64,000 nt of DNA from Eledone cirrhosa (Eukaryota), in NCBI GenBank assembly GCA_964016885.1, contig OZ024740.1, forward strand, positions 122,016,001-122,080,000. The letters are read 5' to 3'. The notes beneath the pieces were generated by a model that saw only the letters and a program-made list of their open reading frames with translations, was not told the DNA's origin and did no database searches. A program made the position numbers and the translations under genes. Below are positions 1 to 16,616 of the stretch, in pieces (the stretch's first letter is position 1; each line of letters opens with the position of its first letter).

Positions 1-297
1 TAGAAGGGGTTCGTATTTGACGTAAATTGTGATTCCTTGCTAATGCGTTGGGTGTAGGAAGCGTTGTCTTTGAATTTGTAGATGGGAAATATTCTAAAAT
101 TGAGTTGTTCATTAGATTCGCAGGTCACGGTGTGTTCATTTAGTGCTATCTTTCTTTATTCCCGTATTTTGAGTTTTGATCATATGTGCATCAGAAAACT
201 TGATCTATGTGTTAACCTGATCGGGTTGTCGATAGCACTATAGAGGACTGACCAAAACAGCCTCTGACAACGTATGACCGTCCATAGATTCCAAATC
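1..297 (-). mobile_element. Penelope-like element GIY-YIG endonuclease fragment with an internal inversion
   Basis: 1-180 closely resembles 1868-2045 (minus-strand IALxEH...FRIFPIYKFKDNASYxQRISKESQF...YEPLL). 181-297 is the reverse complement of about 2040-2157, the next segment of the same gene. Confidence 0.75.
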
Positions 298-1465
<1,168 letters not shown>

Positions 1466-3803
1466 AGAAATCATCAACATTGACCTTGTTTTTTGCCACA
1501 AAGAAGATTCAGAGTTATTGAACTACTAATTCCATCCATAGTAGGAATTTAAGATTTAGGAGAATAGAGAAAATTCTGTCACAAAAAGGGGTTCAGAGCC
1601 ATTGGAATGCCCATTCTGTCTACACCAGAAACTTCCAGATTCAGAGGGATGTAAAGCATTTAGTTTGACACCTGAATGCTTCCATTTATCCGATTATGTT
1701 CGTGGAACTGCTCCGGGGCTAGCTGACTTGGATGTTTCTATGTGGTTGCTCGGTCTGCATTTTATAGTTGTCAGATGTTGCTGGTAGGATACATTGCTAA
1801 AGGGTTATTTTGTCTAGGGAGTTAATTATAAAGTGCTCCAACTTCAGTTAGTCCGAAGCGGAAGCATTTAGAAGGGGTTCGTATCTGGCGATAAATTGTG
1901 ATTCCTTACTAATGCGCTGGATGTAGGAAGCGTTGTCTTTAAATTTGTAGATGGGAAAAATTCTAAAATGTGCTTTTACATTAGAAGCGCAGGTAGCGAT
2001 GTGTTCACTTAGGGCTATCGTTCTGTATTCCCGAATTTTGATTTGGGATCTATGGACAGTCATACGTTGTCGGAGGCTGTTTTTGGTCAGTCCTATATAG
2101 TGCTCTTGACAAGCTCAGCAGGTCAATACATAGATCAGGTTTTCTGATACACATGTGAAATTGTGTTTAACTGTAAAATGCTGTCCTTATTTGAAGTGGA
2201 ACTTCTATCTCTATCAGATTGTTACATATACCACGTTTGTGTTTTCCGGATTCTTTTACTGTAGGGTTCATAGTGGGGATGGCTGGATTTGGTCTGTGTA
2301 AGGATGTGTTTTATTGATTTGGGTTGTCTTTTGCTCTTTATGATATTGTGCGTTTGGAGGATTTGGTTCATTCTTAGGTCTCTTTTTTGTAAGGGTATGT
2401 TCTGGAGAATGGCGTCGAATGCCTCATTGTTAAGGAGATTGTGTGTGGAGATGTATGGTAGAGTTTTCAGTTTTGATTCGTTCCTTGGTTTGGGGTGTCT
2501 AAGTTTCTGGATGTTGAGGTTTAAGGCACGTTGGAATCCATTGTTGATTAAGGATGGTGGGTAATTCCTGCTAATAAGTGTGTTCTTTAATTCTTCTAGT
2601 CGTATGTAGCATGTGTATTTATCAGATATGATTGTGCAGATCCTTTTGGCTAGGTTGTAAGGAATGTTAATTTTGGTGTGTCTAGGGTGGCATGAGTTAA
2701 ATGGAAGATACTGTTTGGAGTCTGTGGGTTTATAGTATATATCTGTTTACGTAATATATATACTGTTGAGTATATAGTATCTGACTGTTCTCCAATGAAC
2801 GAACCCGTGCGTGTAACTGTGCACATACAAAACCTACGTGCAAGTGACTGAAATAACGTGTAGCCACTGCTATATTTAACTGTGTTCAACTATAGCGTAG
2901 TCAGTGTCGTTAAACGTTACCGTTTCTACAGGTACATCGCATTATACATTTTGAAACTGAATATTCTCAGTGGTTTAGATACAATTGTAAACAGATTGGG
3001 AAATATAAATATTTCCCAAATATGCCTTCTTCAGGAAGAACATATAGTTATATATTTTCTTGAGCAACAAATCACTTATAATGAAGCGGATTCAAACTTA
3101 CATTGAAAAGGAAGAGGAAAACACTAAGGAATATTATTTTGTGATTATTTTTTTTATTAAATGACATATGTTTGGAAAATGTATTGGCAACATATTACGG
3201 AAGTAAATTAACCGCTCTTTTTTATTAACATTAATTTCTTTATTTTAAATATATACTTCATATGAATCGAAAGAGAGTAACGCGCTTTAAATCGCTATCA
3301 TTTTGAAATCGCTATTTCGTGTCACTTTACGTCTATTGTTTATCTTGTAATTTGTAGGCAATATAATTAGAAATAATTTAAAACTATTTTTGCATTTCAT
3401 TATATTTCGTTTAAATATCAAGTTTTCAATATTAGTTTTGAAAGATCATTGAATTAATTCCAAATTTGTTAGGTCAAACTTGACATAGAATTTGATTAGA
3501 GAAGAGTTATAATCCTATTTGCATTTCTTTAAAATGTCAATAAACTCACCTGAGGTATAATAATCAAATTTATTATTATCTTCAACATTATAATGTTCCG
3601 CTTTACCTTCAACATACAAACAAACGCAACATTAAATATTAGAATGCATTATACACAACATATTGTAAACCAGGAAATTACTTTAATGTAAATCTACTAG
3701 AAAATATTTTAAAATAAAATCTATATATATCTAACGAATACACACACGCGCGCACACACATACTCTCACATACACATATACACTACACACACAAACACAG
3801 ACA

Positions 3804-3925
<122 letters not shown>

Positions 3926-4596
3926 ATTAAATACAAAATCTTCAACGTTAAATATTAATATAATCAATATTAAATACAAAATCTTCAACGGCACTATAAG
4001 GGGTACTCCGGCAACTTAAACTAGATAACGTTAGATATTCGACGGCTTGGAATATAGTCTCAAGAGGGATTCCTTTTAATTCATCCTCTGAGACATGTGA
4101 CCTCTGCGCAGAGGAGATATTCTTTATACTAAAATCTAAAAATTCCCTTAACCTACGGACAAATTTATTCAGTTGTTGCAAACATAGATTAAACTCAACG
4201 TTTAAATATAAATTTAAATTTAAAATGTAGTATATTTAGTTTGATTTATATTTATATGAGAACTAGCCGATAAATCTTTTGATTCATAAATCTTTGATTC
4301 CCTCTTTTTACTCTTTTTATTGTTTATTTTATTTTATTTATTTTTATTTTTATCTAAACATTCCTCATGAAAAATTAAGCTACCCTAAAAGCCGATGCTC
4401 CAAATTTTTTGAATTAACCTTACACTTGATAAACTTATATATTAAATATAGGAACATATGTAGACATTATTGGACATCATAATCTTTTTTGCGATATTCC
4501 TTGCTAGATGTGATATGATAGATAATTTTTGGCTTTGTCTTGTAGTGAACTTGGCAATATATTGTCAATTAACTTTGAAGGGTTGTTCTTTGTGGT

Positions 4597-4860
4597 TTAT
4601 TTTTATTTTCATTTTTATTTTTATTTTTATTTTTATTTTTATTTTTATTTTTATTTTTATTTTTATTTTTATTTTTATTTTTATTTTTATTTTTATTTTT
4701 ATTTTTATTTTTATTTTTATTTTTATTTTTATTTTTATTTTTATTTTTATTTTTATTCTTTTAGTATTGTAGTATTCTATAATATAATATTTTTATTTTT
4801 TATTTTATTTTATTTTATTTTTATATTTTTTTATTTTATTTTATTTTATTTTTATTTTTA
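4597..4860. repeat. (TTTTTA)n hexamer microsatellite grading into (TTTTA)n
   Basis: Seen directly; explains the FIFIFI/FYFYFY pseudo-ORFs. Confidence 0.95.
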
Positions 4861-5544
4861 ATATTTTTATATGTAAATTTTTATTTTTAATATTTTTATA
4901 TGTAAAGTTTTAATACGTAATATTTTTAATACGTAGTATTTTTAATATGCAATATTTTTATTATATTTATTATGTAATATTCTTTCGTAATATTCTTTTT
5001 TAGTTTTCTATTCTATATTTTTTTTATATATTTTTACTTATTATCATTATTATTGTTATCTTTGCTTATAATATAATATATATTTTCGATTAGTATATTG
5101 AAATCTGCTCTCTATTTCTGCTTGATAGATAATCTTGTAGAGTAATCGCAAGAATAATAATACGCTCAAATTTTTATACCGCATTGAGAATGTTTTCCGG
5201 TAACTTAGAATTTGCGGAGTGAATCAGTTGGATTCACGTTGCTGTCACATAGACATATGAATTTTTTTAAAAACTAAACATAAGATAATGAATTTTCACG
5301 CATTGTGAATACTTGTTTCATTCAGGAATACTGATATTTACAATATAGTGTAAGTTTTATAAATACTAATACATTAAAACATAGGGTTTTCTACGCCTCG
5401 AATATGTCTGGCTATTTTTAAATTTTTTAAATTTTTTCTCTCTCTATATCTCTCTATATCTCTCTATATATCTCCCTTAAATTTTTTCTCTCTCTATATC
5501 TCTCTATATCTCTCTATATATCTCCCTTACATTAATACTTGAGC

Positions 5545-5579
<35 letters not shown>

Positions 5580-5939
5580 ATGCATCATTGATACACTTAC
5601 TCAAAATGACCTCCCACTACCTAATTTTTCTATATTTATATATGTATCTATCTCTATTTCCTCTCTCTCTATATATATATATATCTTTCTGTCTCTTTAC
5701 ATGAAGCTCTTCGCTTTATCTATTTTTCCATCTCTCTATTTTGTCCCATGCATTCCTCTTTTTCTTTTTCTTCTTTTTCTTCCTTTTCTTCGTTTTGTCT
5801 TTCTTTCTTTCTTATTTCCCTCTTTTATCTCTCTCTTTCTTTCTCTCTGTATTTTCACTGCTAGAGTAAACCTCTTCAAATGAAGTTGATGTTTATTACG
5901 GTATGTCGAATATATTTATCTATAAAACTGTTTATATTG

Positions 5940-6005
5940 TATTTTGTCTGATGAAGGCATAGCATATTGTTAATATGATATCCCCGAAATATATATAATG
6001 AAATA
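5940..6005 (+). ncRNA. Type I minimal hammerhead ribozyme (PLE pLTR type)
   Basis: tattttgt-CTGATGA-[aggcatagcatatt gtt aatatgatatcccc]-GAAA-tatata-TA-atgaaata. Stem I is 8 bp with two G-U pairs, stem III is palindromic, and the site is AUA. Confidence 0.7.
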
Positions 6006-6133
6006 AATATGGTTTTATAAATATAGTTTTCCATTTATTTAATATTGTAAATATACTCCAAATATTTGTCGAGTGCTTTTATATCAGTTATAAATATTTA
6101 CTAGTTGTAACCCAACAATTTTAAATATAACTT

Positions 6134-6203
<70 letters not shown>

Positions 6204-7455
6204 CATTTAAATTAGCTCTACCTACTAACAAATGCCCAGTTCGTTGCACTGCACCAACAAATAGTAAAAAAAAAAATACATTTAAAATGGAAGCAAATGA
6301 AGAAAAGAATAAACATTGTGTTTTATTTTACCAATTAATCTGGATATTTATGGTGGATCGCTCGCAAATATGCGTATTATATAATTAATTAAATAAGAAT
6401 TATTGTACTGGTGTGATATACATTTCCTGTAAGCCAGCATTCCTACATAAAGATCATCTGTCCTAAAGCTATATACTTTAAAATGCAAGGGAATAGGGGA
6501 GGGTAAGTGGTATTCAGGCTTAAACAAAAACATGTCAACATGTCAGAATTACTTTTAAGTATGACGGAAGAGACAAAACATGCCTCTGCGCTTTTAGTAA
6601 TTGTGTATTGGCTGACGAGTGAATTAAGGGGCAGATTTCATTATGGATGAGCTGTATGTTGGTTTGGTATACTGAGCGATAAATCAGTGGAAATGTGAAG
6701 AATGTTGTAATTTTCTTTCATTCAGCCTTGTAGAAAGTTGGTATCTAAATGTGGCACTATGCCAGAACATTACGTGCAAAATCAAAGTTGATCAAATCAA
6801 TCCCAGTACTTAATATTTACTATATTGCAACCAGCTCAAAAAGATCAAAAGTCTAGCTTACCGGGGCATGATGAATACGGAACAAATACGGCGTTATATT
6901 TATACAAAGTTCTAATAATTCTACCAAACCACCACCTATAATGCCTGAGCTAATATTTTGTATCTGTGGTTTGCATGATCAAAATGATACGTTTCCGAGA
7001 TTCTTTTTTAAATGAATGAACTGCGAATTTCAGAATGACTTTGTGCAAAAATAAGTATATGGCCAAAGGACGAAATAGAATAAAAAGTACAAATCATCTT
7101 ACGTCAAGAATCGATGTCTCAAAACCGAACACATACATCGTGAGAAAACTATCTATGCAAGTAAGCTATCTATGCAAGTAAACTAAATTACGTTGTCGCT
7201 GCTCACCGCCTAAGGAATGACACATGCCGCATGTTGATCGAGCTGGATTCCTTACAAATACACATATATTTCAGACGCATATGTGGTACGATTAATATAT
7301 TCTCAAATACAAGACTTGTTTAAATGAGGAGGAGAATATATTTCACTGAAAACATGAACTATGCATTTCTGAACTAGGAATAGACTTTAAATGCAGATCA
7401 ACTTATAACACGTTGCGAATAGGAAGATTCATTTACAAAACAAAATAATATATAT

Positions 7456-7523
<68 letters not shown>

Positions 7524-9206
7524 CGTAAACATATATTCTACAGAGCAAAACACGCTAATGACTCTATAACATATCGTGGTCGTCTTATATGTCAATATTG
7601 TGGGTTCATACGATTTCAGGAACGAACGAAATCAGAAATCACATAATACATTTTGATATTGAAATAATTCATTTCTAAAAAACGAAAACGCATACTACTC
7701 GGTGTAGAATGTAAGATTATTTTTATATAGGTAATATAACAAAAGGCGTGGAGATGTATTTGGTCTCTATTTCTGAACATCTAGTTCAAACCATATTGCA
7801 TAAGAAATAGTATAAAGTAATTATCTCTATATTCAACTAAAAACTTATAAAGAATAAGTATATTTTCTTTCCATATGGATCTTATACTGTGGGGTTTCAA
7901 TTGTAATCATTGTGCTTAGTGATGTAATAATTCGTCTTTTTTGTTGGGGTGGGGTTGGGGGTGGGGGGTTGCGTTTCGAAAATATATACCACACTGACTC
8001 TGTTTTGTCTGACATTTAATCAATTTTGAAGTTTGGCCTTTGTAGTCATGTTAGTTGCAAATAAAATGCCTGAGAGCGATTAAATCATATCCACAAGTTT
8101 TAGAATATTTATTTTAATGCAAAACCATAGAATTCTTGTTATATTACATCCAGTTATGTTTCCTTTTCTATTTGGTCATAATTCTCTTTTAGAATTACAT
8201 AATTTTTAAATAATTATATTTCCTGATGCGAACAAATATATAGTTTTGTGTCATTTACTTAGTAATTATTTTACCACTAACTGAAAAAGTGTTGGGAAAA
8301 GAGGATTTGATGAGTAAGTCAGAATAAAAAGAAAGCGCATCTGGAGTTGTGAACAGCATCTGGAGTTTCGACATCCCAAACTACAATACACAATGGATTC
8401 AATATTTTAAAGACTTTAGGTTAGTTCTGAGGGGACTATGCGTACTATTTCGAGAACGACGGAATATATACTGTTTGTAATCACTAGCTTTTGAACTAGG
8501 TTGCATTTTGAATTAACATATTCTTTGAAGCAATACGTACTCTCTTTTTATGCCATTCTTATATGCAAAAGAGAAAAGGAAATCTTGGTCGAATAAGCAT
8601 CTTCTCATACAAACCTTATACAATGTCAATATAAACAAGCCCTCGTGACATTGAAGTTTAAAGCTACTGAATGTAGCTTCAATAACTGCCATGGCCATAT
8701 CATGCAGAGATAAAAAGTACGAGCTGTTGAAGATAGTTTGTATTGTCGAAACTATAGTTAGAAAGGAAAAAGTTATAAGCTTCGCATGAAGTCTAATTAA
8801 AGATGAAAGAATATGTAATTTAATGCAATTAAATCTCAGAAATTTCTGAAGGCACTATTTGTAAAATCATTTTCTTCTAAAGCTGACATTTCTGCACGGG
8901 TCTGTAACAAAATTCATTTCATACATACACACACATATTTAGGTCAGATATAGTGAACACTTGAATTCCTTAGAGTATCCGTACGGCATTGCTTATATAT
9001 ATATATATATACATATATATTCTTCTTTTTTTTTTTACTCCAGACTACCTTTTATTTTCTGTATCTATCCTTTCTCTATTGTATGTACTCCTTAAAAAGA
9101 GCTAAAAACCGACACGTTTAAATTTCGTTCCCCTTTTCCATATAAAGTGTGAAACGAATGAGATGTTTTTTATTTCTATTGTGTCGTTTCTATTGTGTCG
9201 TTTATA

Positions 9207-9900
9207 TTGAAGGCAGGTGAAAATAACATGACTCAGAGCATCGCACACATTATCAATATTGTATGGGTGTCAGAGTGTCTCCCAGATGATTGGTCCTGGG
9301 GCATCATCATCCAATTCTAGAAACGGAAGGGCGACACATTCGTATGCAGCAACCATAGTGTCATCACCATTCTCCATTCCAAGCAAGCTTTTCAACTATA
9401 TACACTTCAGCCGTACTTTTCCCGTCTTTATATTATGGTGACGTGACCCAGGAGAACGAACAACTTCAGATCTTCTATGGCCGCCAAGATCATGAACTCC
9501 TTTATTTCCTGGAAGATGAAGTGGAAGCACTGGCAAAGAGCATCGACAGATTTGATAGAAGAACAGTGGTGACCATCGAGAATATCAGATGGTATCACCA
9601 TGTTCCCAACAAAGTTTTGTGTGGCGCACGTATCAGCCCACATACTTCCAACACACCCATCCACCGCGTACTACAGGTTCACACATATATCCCGCCACGT
9701 GCCAGATCATCCTACTAGGACCTTATTCACGCTGGACGCAGCAGCTACAGACTTAAGGTGGCCCCGCGGCATTCTCGTACCAAATGACTAGACGTGATTA
9801 ATACAGATTCTCAGAGGTTCATTTTCATCTTAGAGCGACAGGACCATCATAGATGATAGGGCGGGACTGATCTACGCACAACTACGCCTATTAAGTGGCG
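9207..9900 (+). mobile_element. RTE-clade LINE relic (RT N-terminus joined by deletion to the C-terminus)
   Basis: LKAGENNMTQSIAHIINIVWVSECLPDDWSWGIIIQF*KRKGDTFVCSNH...SIPSKLF resembles the RTE RT start. EALAKSIDRFDRR...IENIRWYHHVPNKVL and a WPRG..RTK.LDVI-like segment resemble the RTE C-terminus. Confidence 0.8.
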
Positions 9901-10101
9901 GTAGGTGAAATATTACCTCGAAAGATAGAGATTAGCAGCTCGATCTGAGTTGACTCAAAGAAACGAAGAGCAGTTAGGAAGGAGGAACTAGAATGGATGA
10001 AAGAGAACAGTTCACAAACATTAAAATATTCTCTTCAGATTTCACCCTCTGAATTTTCGACGTCTCAAAACTTTATTTTAGAGTTAATTAGTTTATATAT
10101 A

Positions 10102-10929
<828 letters not shown>

Positions 10930-11496
10930 CTGTATATATATATATATATATATAAAGTGCTGTGCCCCAGCATGACCCCAGACGAATGGCTGGAACAGGT
11001 AAACTAATATATTTATAATGAATAATCAAAACAATATAGAAATTTTAGGTATTCAAATTCGTTGGCTTCTAAGGAAAACGTTGTAAACTTTTTCCATCAT
11101 ATATTTTACTTTCTATAAAATTATACGGAAATCTCGAAACGGCTGTCAACAGACAGAAAGTAAAATCAAAAGAGGAATTCTCTAATTTCATTTAGCCGGT
11201 TTTATTTCTGAGAAATTCCAAAGTAATTATAAATTCATATATGAACTTTCATTCCGAAAACATTATCTTTACATTCTGAAATATAATAAAAGATACGATT
11301 GCAGACATCTACCGACAACTTTGGGTTTATGTGTCTTTCGCCTTTCTAATTTTTTTCTGAAAGAGGTATCATTTAAGCTTGCTATATAGCCTAATACAAA
11401 TATACGCATATATGTAGTTGTGCATGTTTATTCATAAAATAATTTGTGCAAATATATATAGATATGTATGTATATACATATACATATATATATATA

Positions 11497-11564
<68 letters not shown>

Positions 11565-11952
11565 TAGATAGATATATATGTATAAACGATAGCTAATAAG
11601 CTTGAAACTAGTACAGCGTTCCTTTGTCAGTGTTGAACAAACGAGCAACGATGGTTGCTAGACACTACGGCTTAATACGGGATGTTTGTTTACAAACACA
11701 CCGAGCATTATAATAAATGTTCGGTGAATCCATACGTACATATATATATATATATGTGTGCATGTATGTATATATATATACATATCACTGTACGTCTGTA
11801 TAAATATATGTATGTACGTTTACATACTTATATATATATATATATAGATAGATATATAGATATATATAGAGAGATATATAGATGTGTAGTTAGATAGATA
11901 GATATAGATGTATATTATCTATATTAAGTATGTACATATTTCTATCTCTCTC

Positions 11953-12004
<52 letters not shown>

Positions 12005-12119
12005 CGCGTGTGTGTGTGTGTGTATATGTGCATGTGTACGTGAGTGTATGTGCTAGTGCGTGTGCGAGTATGTGAGAGTAATAATGTTTGTAGTTCGATT
12101 ACAATTATGTACTTAAGTA

Positions 12120-12600
12120 ACAAAATCTTGAAGAGAAATATTAACCCTATCATTAATCTTATTTCTCTTTGGTAAGCTACAGAATTTACTTTACACTCTC
12201 ATCCGAAGTTGTTGGGAGGTGGTTTCTGTTTTAATTCCTTCCACGTTAATGCAGCATATGTAAATTGTTGGCGATTTTGAAAGACGGCAGTTTACATCAT
12301 TCAACCTAACTGCTTCCATATATATGTCTATTTTATTTTAATATGATTTTTACTTCTTTCTTTTTCTTTAATTTTGTATGTTCTGTTATAATACTTTTGC
12401 TCATAGGTATTAATTTCTTATCGATAACATAACAGTCTTTGTGTTGAATAAATCTAAGGAAATTCTTGTGTATATCATTATCATTGTTGTTGTGGATGTT
12501 GTGTTTTTGTTGTTTTGTGTGTTGATGTTTTTGGTTTTGTTGTGGTTGTTTGGCTTTTAATCTTATGTTATAATCTCCCTACAATATTTCTCCCATTTAT
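12120..12600 (-). mobile_element. Highly degenerate PLE linker/GIY-YIG relic
   Basis: Minus-strand fragments LFNTKTVMLS, KSIITEHTK, RHIYG/IWK and KFCSL loosely echo the motifs seen intact at 52021-52784; many frameshifts. Confidence 0.4.
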
Positions 12601-14300
12601 ATTCTTTACCTTTTCTTGAAGAAATTCATTCTTAAAGAATCAACAATGATACCTCTACTCAAGGGATTTACTACTTGGAATGTATTATTAATATTATTCT
12701 TATTTCCGTCGTTGTTATTATCTGGTTGTTTGACTAGCACAGAATACATAAACAAGAACAATAAAAGACAAAACAAATTTAACACAATAAATAAGATGAG
12801 CAAATAAACTACTGGTGGTAGTTTTAGAAAAATAAGTGGATGGCTTTGTCTAAATAAACTTAAGTGTTTGTTTGAATGTTGTGTTCTAGCCGTATAGCTT
12901 TGTAGGGGAGAAAAGAAAAATTATAGACGAAAACAAGCTAGAAGAGCATAACAAGAAAGATAATTCTTTATTATTTCTTTCGCTATGTGTGTGTATCTCT
13001 TTCGTTTTCATAGGAATTCTAAACATGTAGCAACAGCCTTGGAATCTTAATTTATGCTAATCAGTGTCAGCTGGGCCTTTTACAATTTACAATCTGTAAC
13101 AGAATAGAATGAAATAAAAAGGAGAAAAAGAAAGAAGAATGTAAAAAGTAACTAAAATGCAAAAGAAAAAGATGAAAGTAAAGTAAGGAAATAATTAATG
13201 CAGGAAAGATGGGGCAGCAAATAAGGATGGCAAGTGGGTTTACAAGCGGGAAGCAAAACAAAAATAATAATATTAATATAAATTAATAAAGAAGACAACG
13301 TTAAATGTAAGAAGAATAGTCCATTGGGATTCTGAGGTGAATGAAACTGAACAGAGAATACCAGAAAGTTGCAAACGCTAGACGACTAGTAATAAGGTTA
13401 AAGCTATCATTAATAACATTAATCACAACTGAGACAGGTAAGATTCAGTCTGGTGTTTATTTTGTCTGTTATTTACATCTTCGTAGGGTAGAAGCTGAGG
13501 TGCTTAATGCTAGTACGCTACTATTAACAGGGGGAAACAAGAGAAAACTGCAATGTTGATTAAATGATGTTCTCTGTGAATCTCTGAAATGGCGGGCATA
13601 ATTTCATTCACGACGTACAACTTTGTGTAAGAGAGATTGTTATCAGAGAGTTGAACACTGAAGAGGATAATTAGGTTCCTGGGCATTAATTCAAGTGATG
13701 TTACATTTACCTTTACGAACACAGAAACACATACACTCAGTTTCACACACAAATATAGACACACATTCACATTTGTATATAGATAGAAAACGGAAAAACG
13801 AGAGTTCAATTGCTCTATAGTATAGTTGTATAGATATATTTTATCAATACACATTTTCTGTAAAATATACACACACATGTCAGTGTATGTGAATGTATCT
13901 ATGTGTTCTTGCTTTCATATGTATGCGTGAGTAATTTTCTGTAAGGTATATTCATTCTATAATTATTGCCTAACTATGTATATATTTTGACGTTATCATT
14001 ATGTATAGTATCACACGGTTTGTGCGCCATATTACGAATGTTTGAATAACTATATTAGTAAGTATGTTACAATCTATGGTGTATGTATCGGAGATTGTAT
14101 GAGCCTGGAAATGTATCTGTAATTCTCTGTACAGTATCAAAGGCGTTTGTATATATGTGTGATTGTATGTAAGCTCGAAAGCACCATTTTATATCTGAAA
14201 TGCAATACAAGTGTGTATGGGTTTATTAGAGTTTATATGTGTGTGTGCATGACTATTGAATATACCTATTTTAATTTGTCGTTTTCGCTTATCATTCACA

Positions 14301-14567
14301 TACATCTGACAAAGTGGTAATAGACGTACATGTACCTTCCTATACATTACACACATCGTTTTCACATGTGTATTTTTATTAAGGTGCTCACCAAAGTCGA
14401 ATTCGTTCACACACATATGTGAACTAATTATAACTTGCGTGTAAGAATCTGAATGAAGATGTGTGAATTCGATTTTGGTGAGCACCTTCATAAACATACA
14501 CATGTGAAAACGATGTGTGTAATTCATAGAAAGTACATATATGTCTATTAGCACTTTGTCAGATGTA
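14301..14567. repeat. Fold-back inverted repeat (about 110-bp arms, about 45-bp spacer)
   Basis: tacatctgacaaagtg...aaggtgctcaccaaagtcgaattc pairs with gaattcgattttggtgagcacctt...cactttgtcagatgta. Confidence 0.85.
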
Positions 14568-14728
14568 GTGTGTATGGATGGCTGCGCAAATACATTCGTT
14601 TGTAGGCATCTCGGGATATGATTATTTTCGTATGCATCGCTGGGTGTATGTGAACATTTGAAAATTACTGTAAATTTAAGCGTTAGTTTAAATGTGTATA
14701 AATATGTATATATATATATATATATATA

Positions 14729-14930
14729 GGAATATCTTTAACCCCGACGGCAGAGTTCAAGCCGTTTCGACGGCTATTTCTGGATTCAGCCCAGAAATAG
14801 CCGCCGAAACGGCTTCAGCTCTGCCGTCGGAGTTGAACATTTACTTATTACCCACTCTACTACCCTAAGTATTGAGTACTCTGGTGCGGTATGGTCCATA
14901 TGGTACCTTATCACAGCTAATTCGTTATAT
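14729..14930 (+). mobile_element. Short fold-back repeat family member (hairpin built from the 3' half of a hammerhead, plus conserved tail)
   Basis: About 50-bp-arm hairpin containing GAAA-cggc ttcagctct gccg-TC. The tail ctctactaccctaagtattgagtactctggtgcg is shared with 47603-47830 and partly with 32205-32322. Flanked by (TA)n. Confidence 0.7.
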
Positions 14931-15390
14931 ATAAATATGTACGCATATGTTTGTAGAAATACGCATATATAAATATAAATTCACAACTATATGTGTCTGA
15001 GTGTATGTTTTTATAATTGCATGTATATACAAATGGGATCATTTGAACTCAATATAATCATAAGATTAACTTATCCGTTCGAAACTGAAGATTCACTACC
15101 TGGATACTCAGATTTTCCCATTACATTAGGCAATGAAAATGATATGGTAACTGAATGTAGTGACGACAATATGTCTTATGTATGTTTATTTCAAAATGTC
15201 ATTGTGCTGAAACGTACATTTTAACCATTATATAAGAGATTATATAGTTTTTTTCTGAAATGAAGTGAAATCTTCACATTTCTCTTTTTGAAATAGGAGT
15301 CAAATTAAATAATGTAATATGTATTTTACCCTCTGTAATAATGTCATTGTTCTGAGGTTTACTTTCATACGGTTGGCCCACATTTAAACT

Positions 15391-15495
<105 letters not shown>

Positions 15496-15504
15496 ATATA
15501 TAAT

Positions 15505-16464
15505 ATATATATAATCAAGGTTTAGCAAATATTTGGAAAAATTAACTTTACTTACTATGGTTACCTTTACCGAAACGGTTTCGAGTCTCAAAAATAAACG
15601 GAGTCCATACGGCATCCGTTGCAAAGAAGGATCTTTTAACTCGGAGAATATAAAATTCCCGAGTTCATATAACAAACTGGCGCTATTCAAAATTGTTCCC
15701 GAGATGAGAGTGAATGAAGTGGAATCAATTCTTTCAAGTGCCGTATGTAAAGATAGAGGCAGAAGCAGGGAGGTCAGTCGGCTCCCGCTATAATTAGCAG
15801 CAGTCAGAACGACCACATTTTTTTATCAACCAATAGGAGTGTAGTAATTATAGAGTATATATTCCTACACGCACAAGGTGCTAAGGGACACATGTATTGT
15901 CCAACCATATGCCAATCTGCTCAATGGCAGGTTAATAATTTAACAAGCCAGAACATATATAATCAAGGTTTAGCAAATATGAAAAAGTTTCAAAATAATG
16001 TTAAAATTTATATTTAAGCGTTCTGCCTGCTGCTAGTTATAGCGGGAGCCGACTGACCTCCCTGCCTCTGCCTCTATCTTTACACACGGCACTTGAAAGA
16101 ATTGATTACACTTCATTCACTCTCATCTCGGGAACAATTTTGAATAGCGCCAGTTCGTAATTTGAACTCGGGAATTTTATATTCTCCGAGTGAAAAGATC
16201 CTTCTGACGAGAGTTTTTCTTTGCAACGAATGCCGTATGGACTTCGTTTATTTTTGAGACTCGAAACCGATTCGGTAAAGGTAACCATAGTAAGTAAAGT
16301 TAATTTTTTAAAATTTATTTTGAAACTTTTTCTTATTTGCTAAACCTTGATTATATATGTTCTGGCTCGTTAATTTATTAACCTGCCATTGAACCAGATT
16401 GGCATATGGTTGGACAATACATGTTTCCCTTAGCGCCTTGTGCGTGTAGGAACATATACTCTAT
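15505..16464. mobile_element. Non-coding 448-bp-unit hammerhead element: partial tandem in minus sense (15505-15998) plus an inverted copy (16019-16464)
   Basis: ataatcaaggtttagcaaatat recurs at 15511 and 15959. 16019-16464 is the reverse complement of the unit. Flanked on both sides by (TA)n. Confidence 0.85.
16200..16281 (+). ncRNA. Type I hammerhead ribozyme with extended stem II
   Basis: cctt-CTGACGA-gagt...(44 nt)...actc-GAAA-ccg att cgg-TA-aagg, with a GUA site. The minus-strand copy (about 15564-15632) has a 15-bp deletion that removes CTGACGA. Confidence 0.8.
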
Positions 16465-16467
16465 TAT

Positions 16468-16616
<149 letters not shown>

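Noticed and set aside
8513-8698. 61-aa minus-strand ORF as a host exon
   Set aside because: No motif support or partner exons identifiable.
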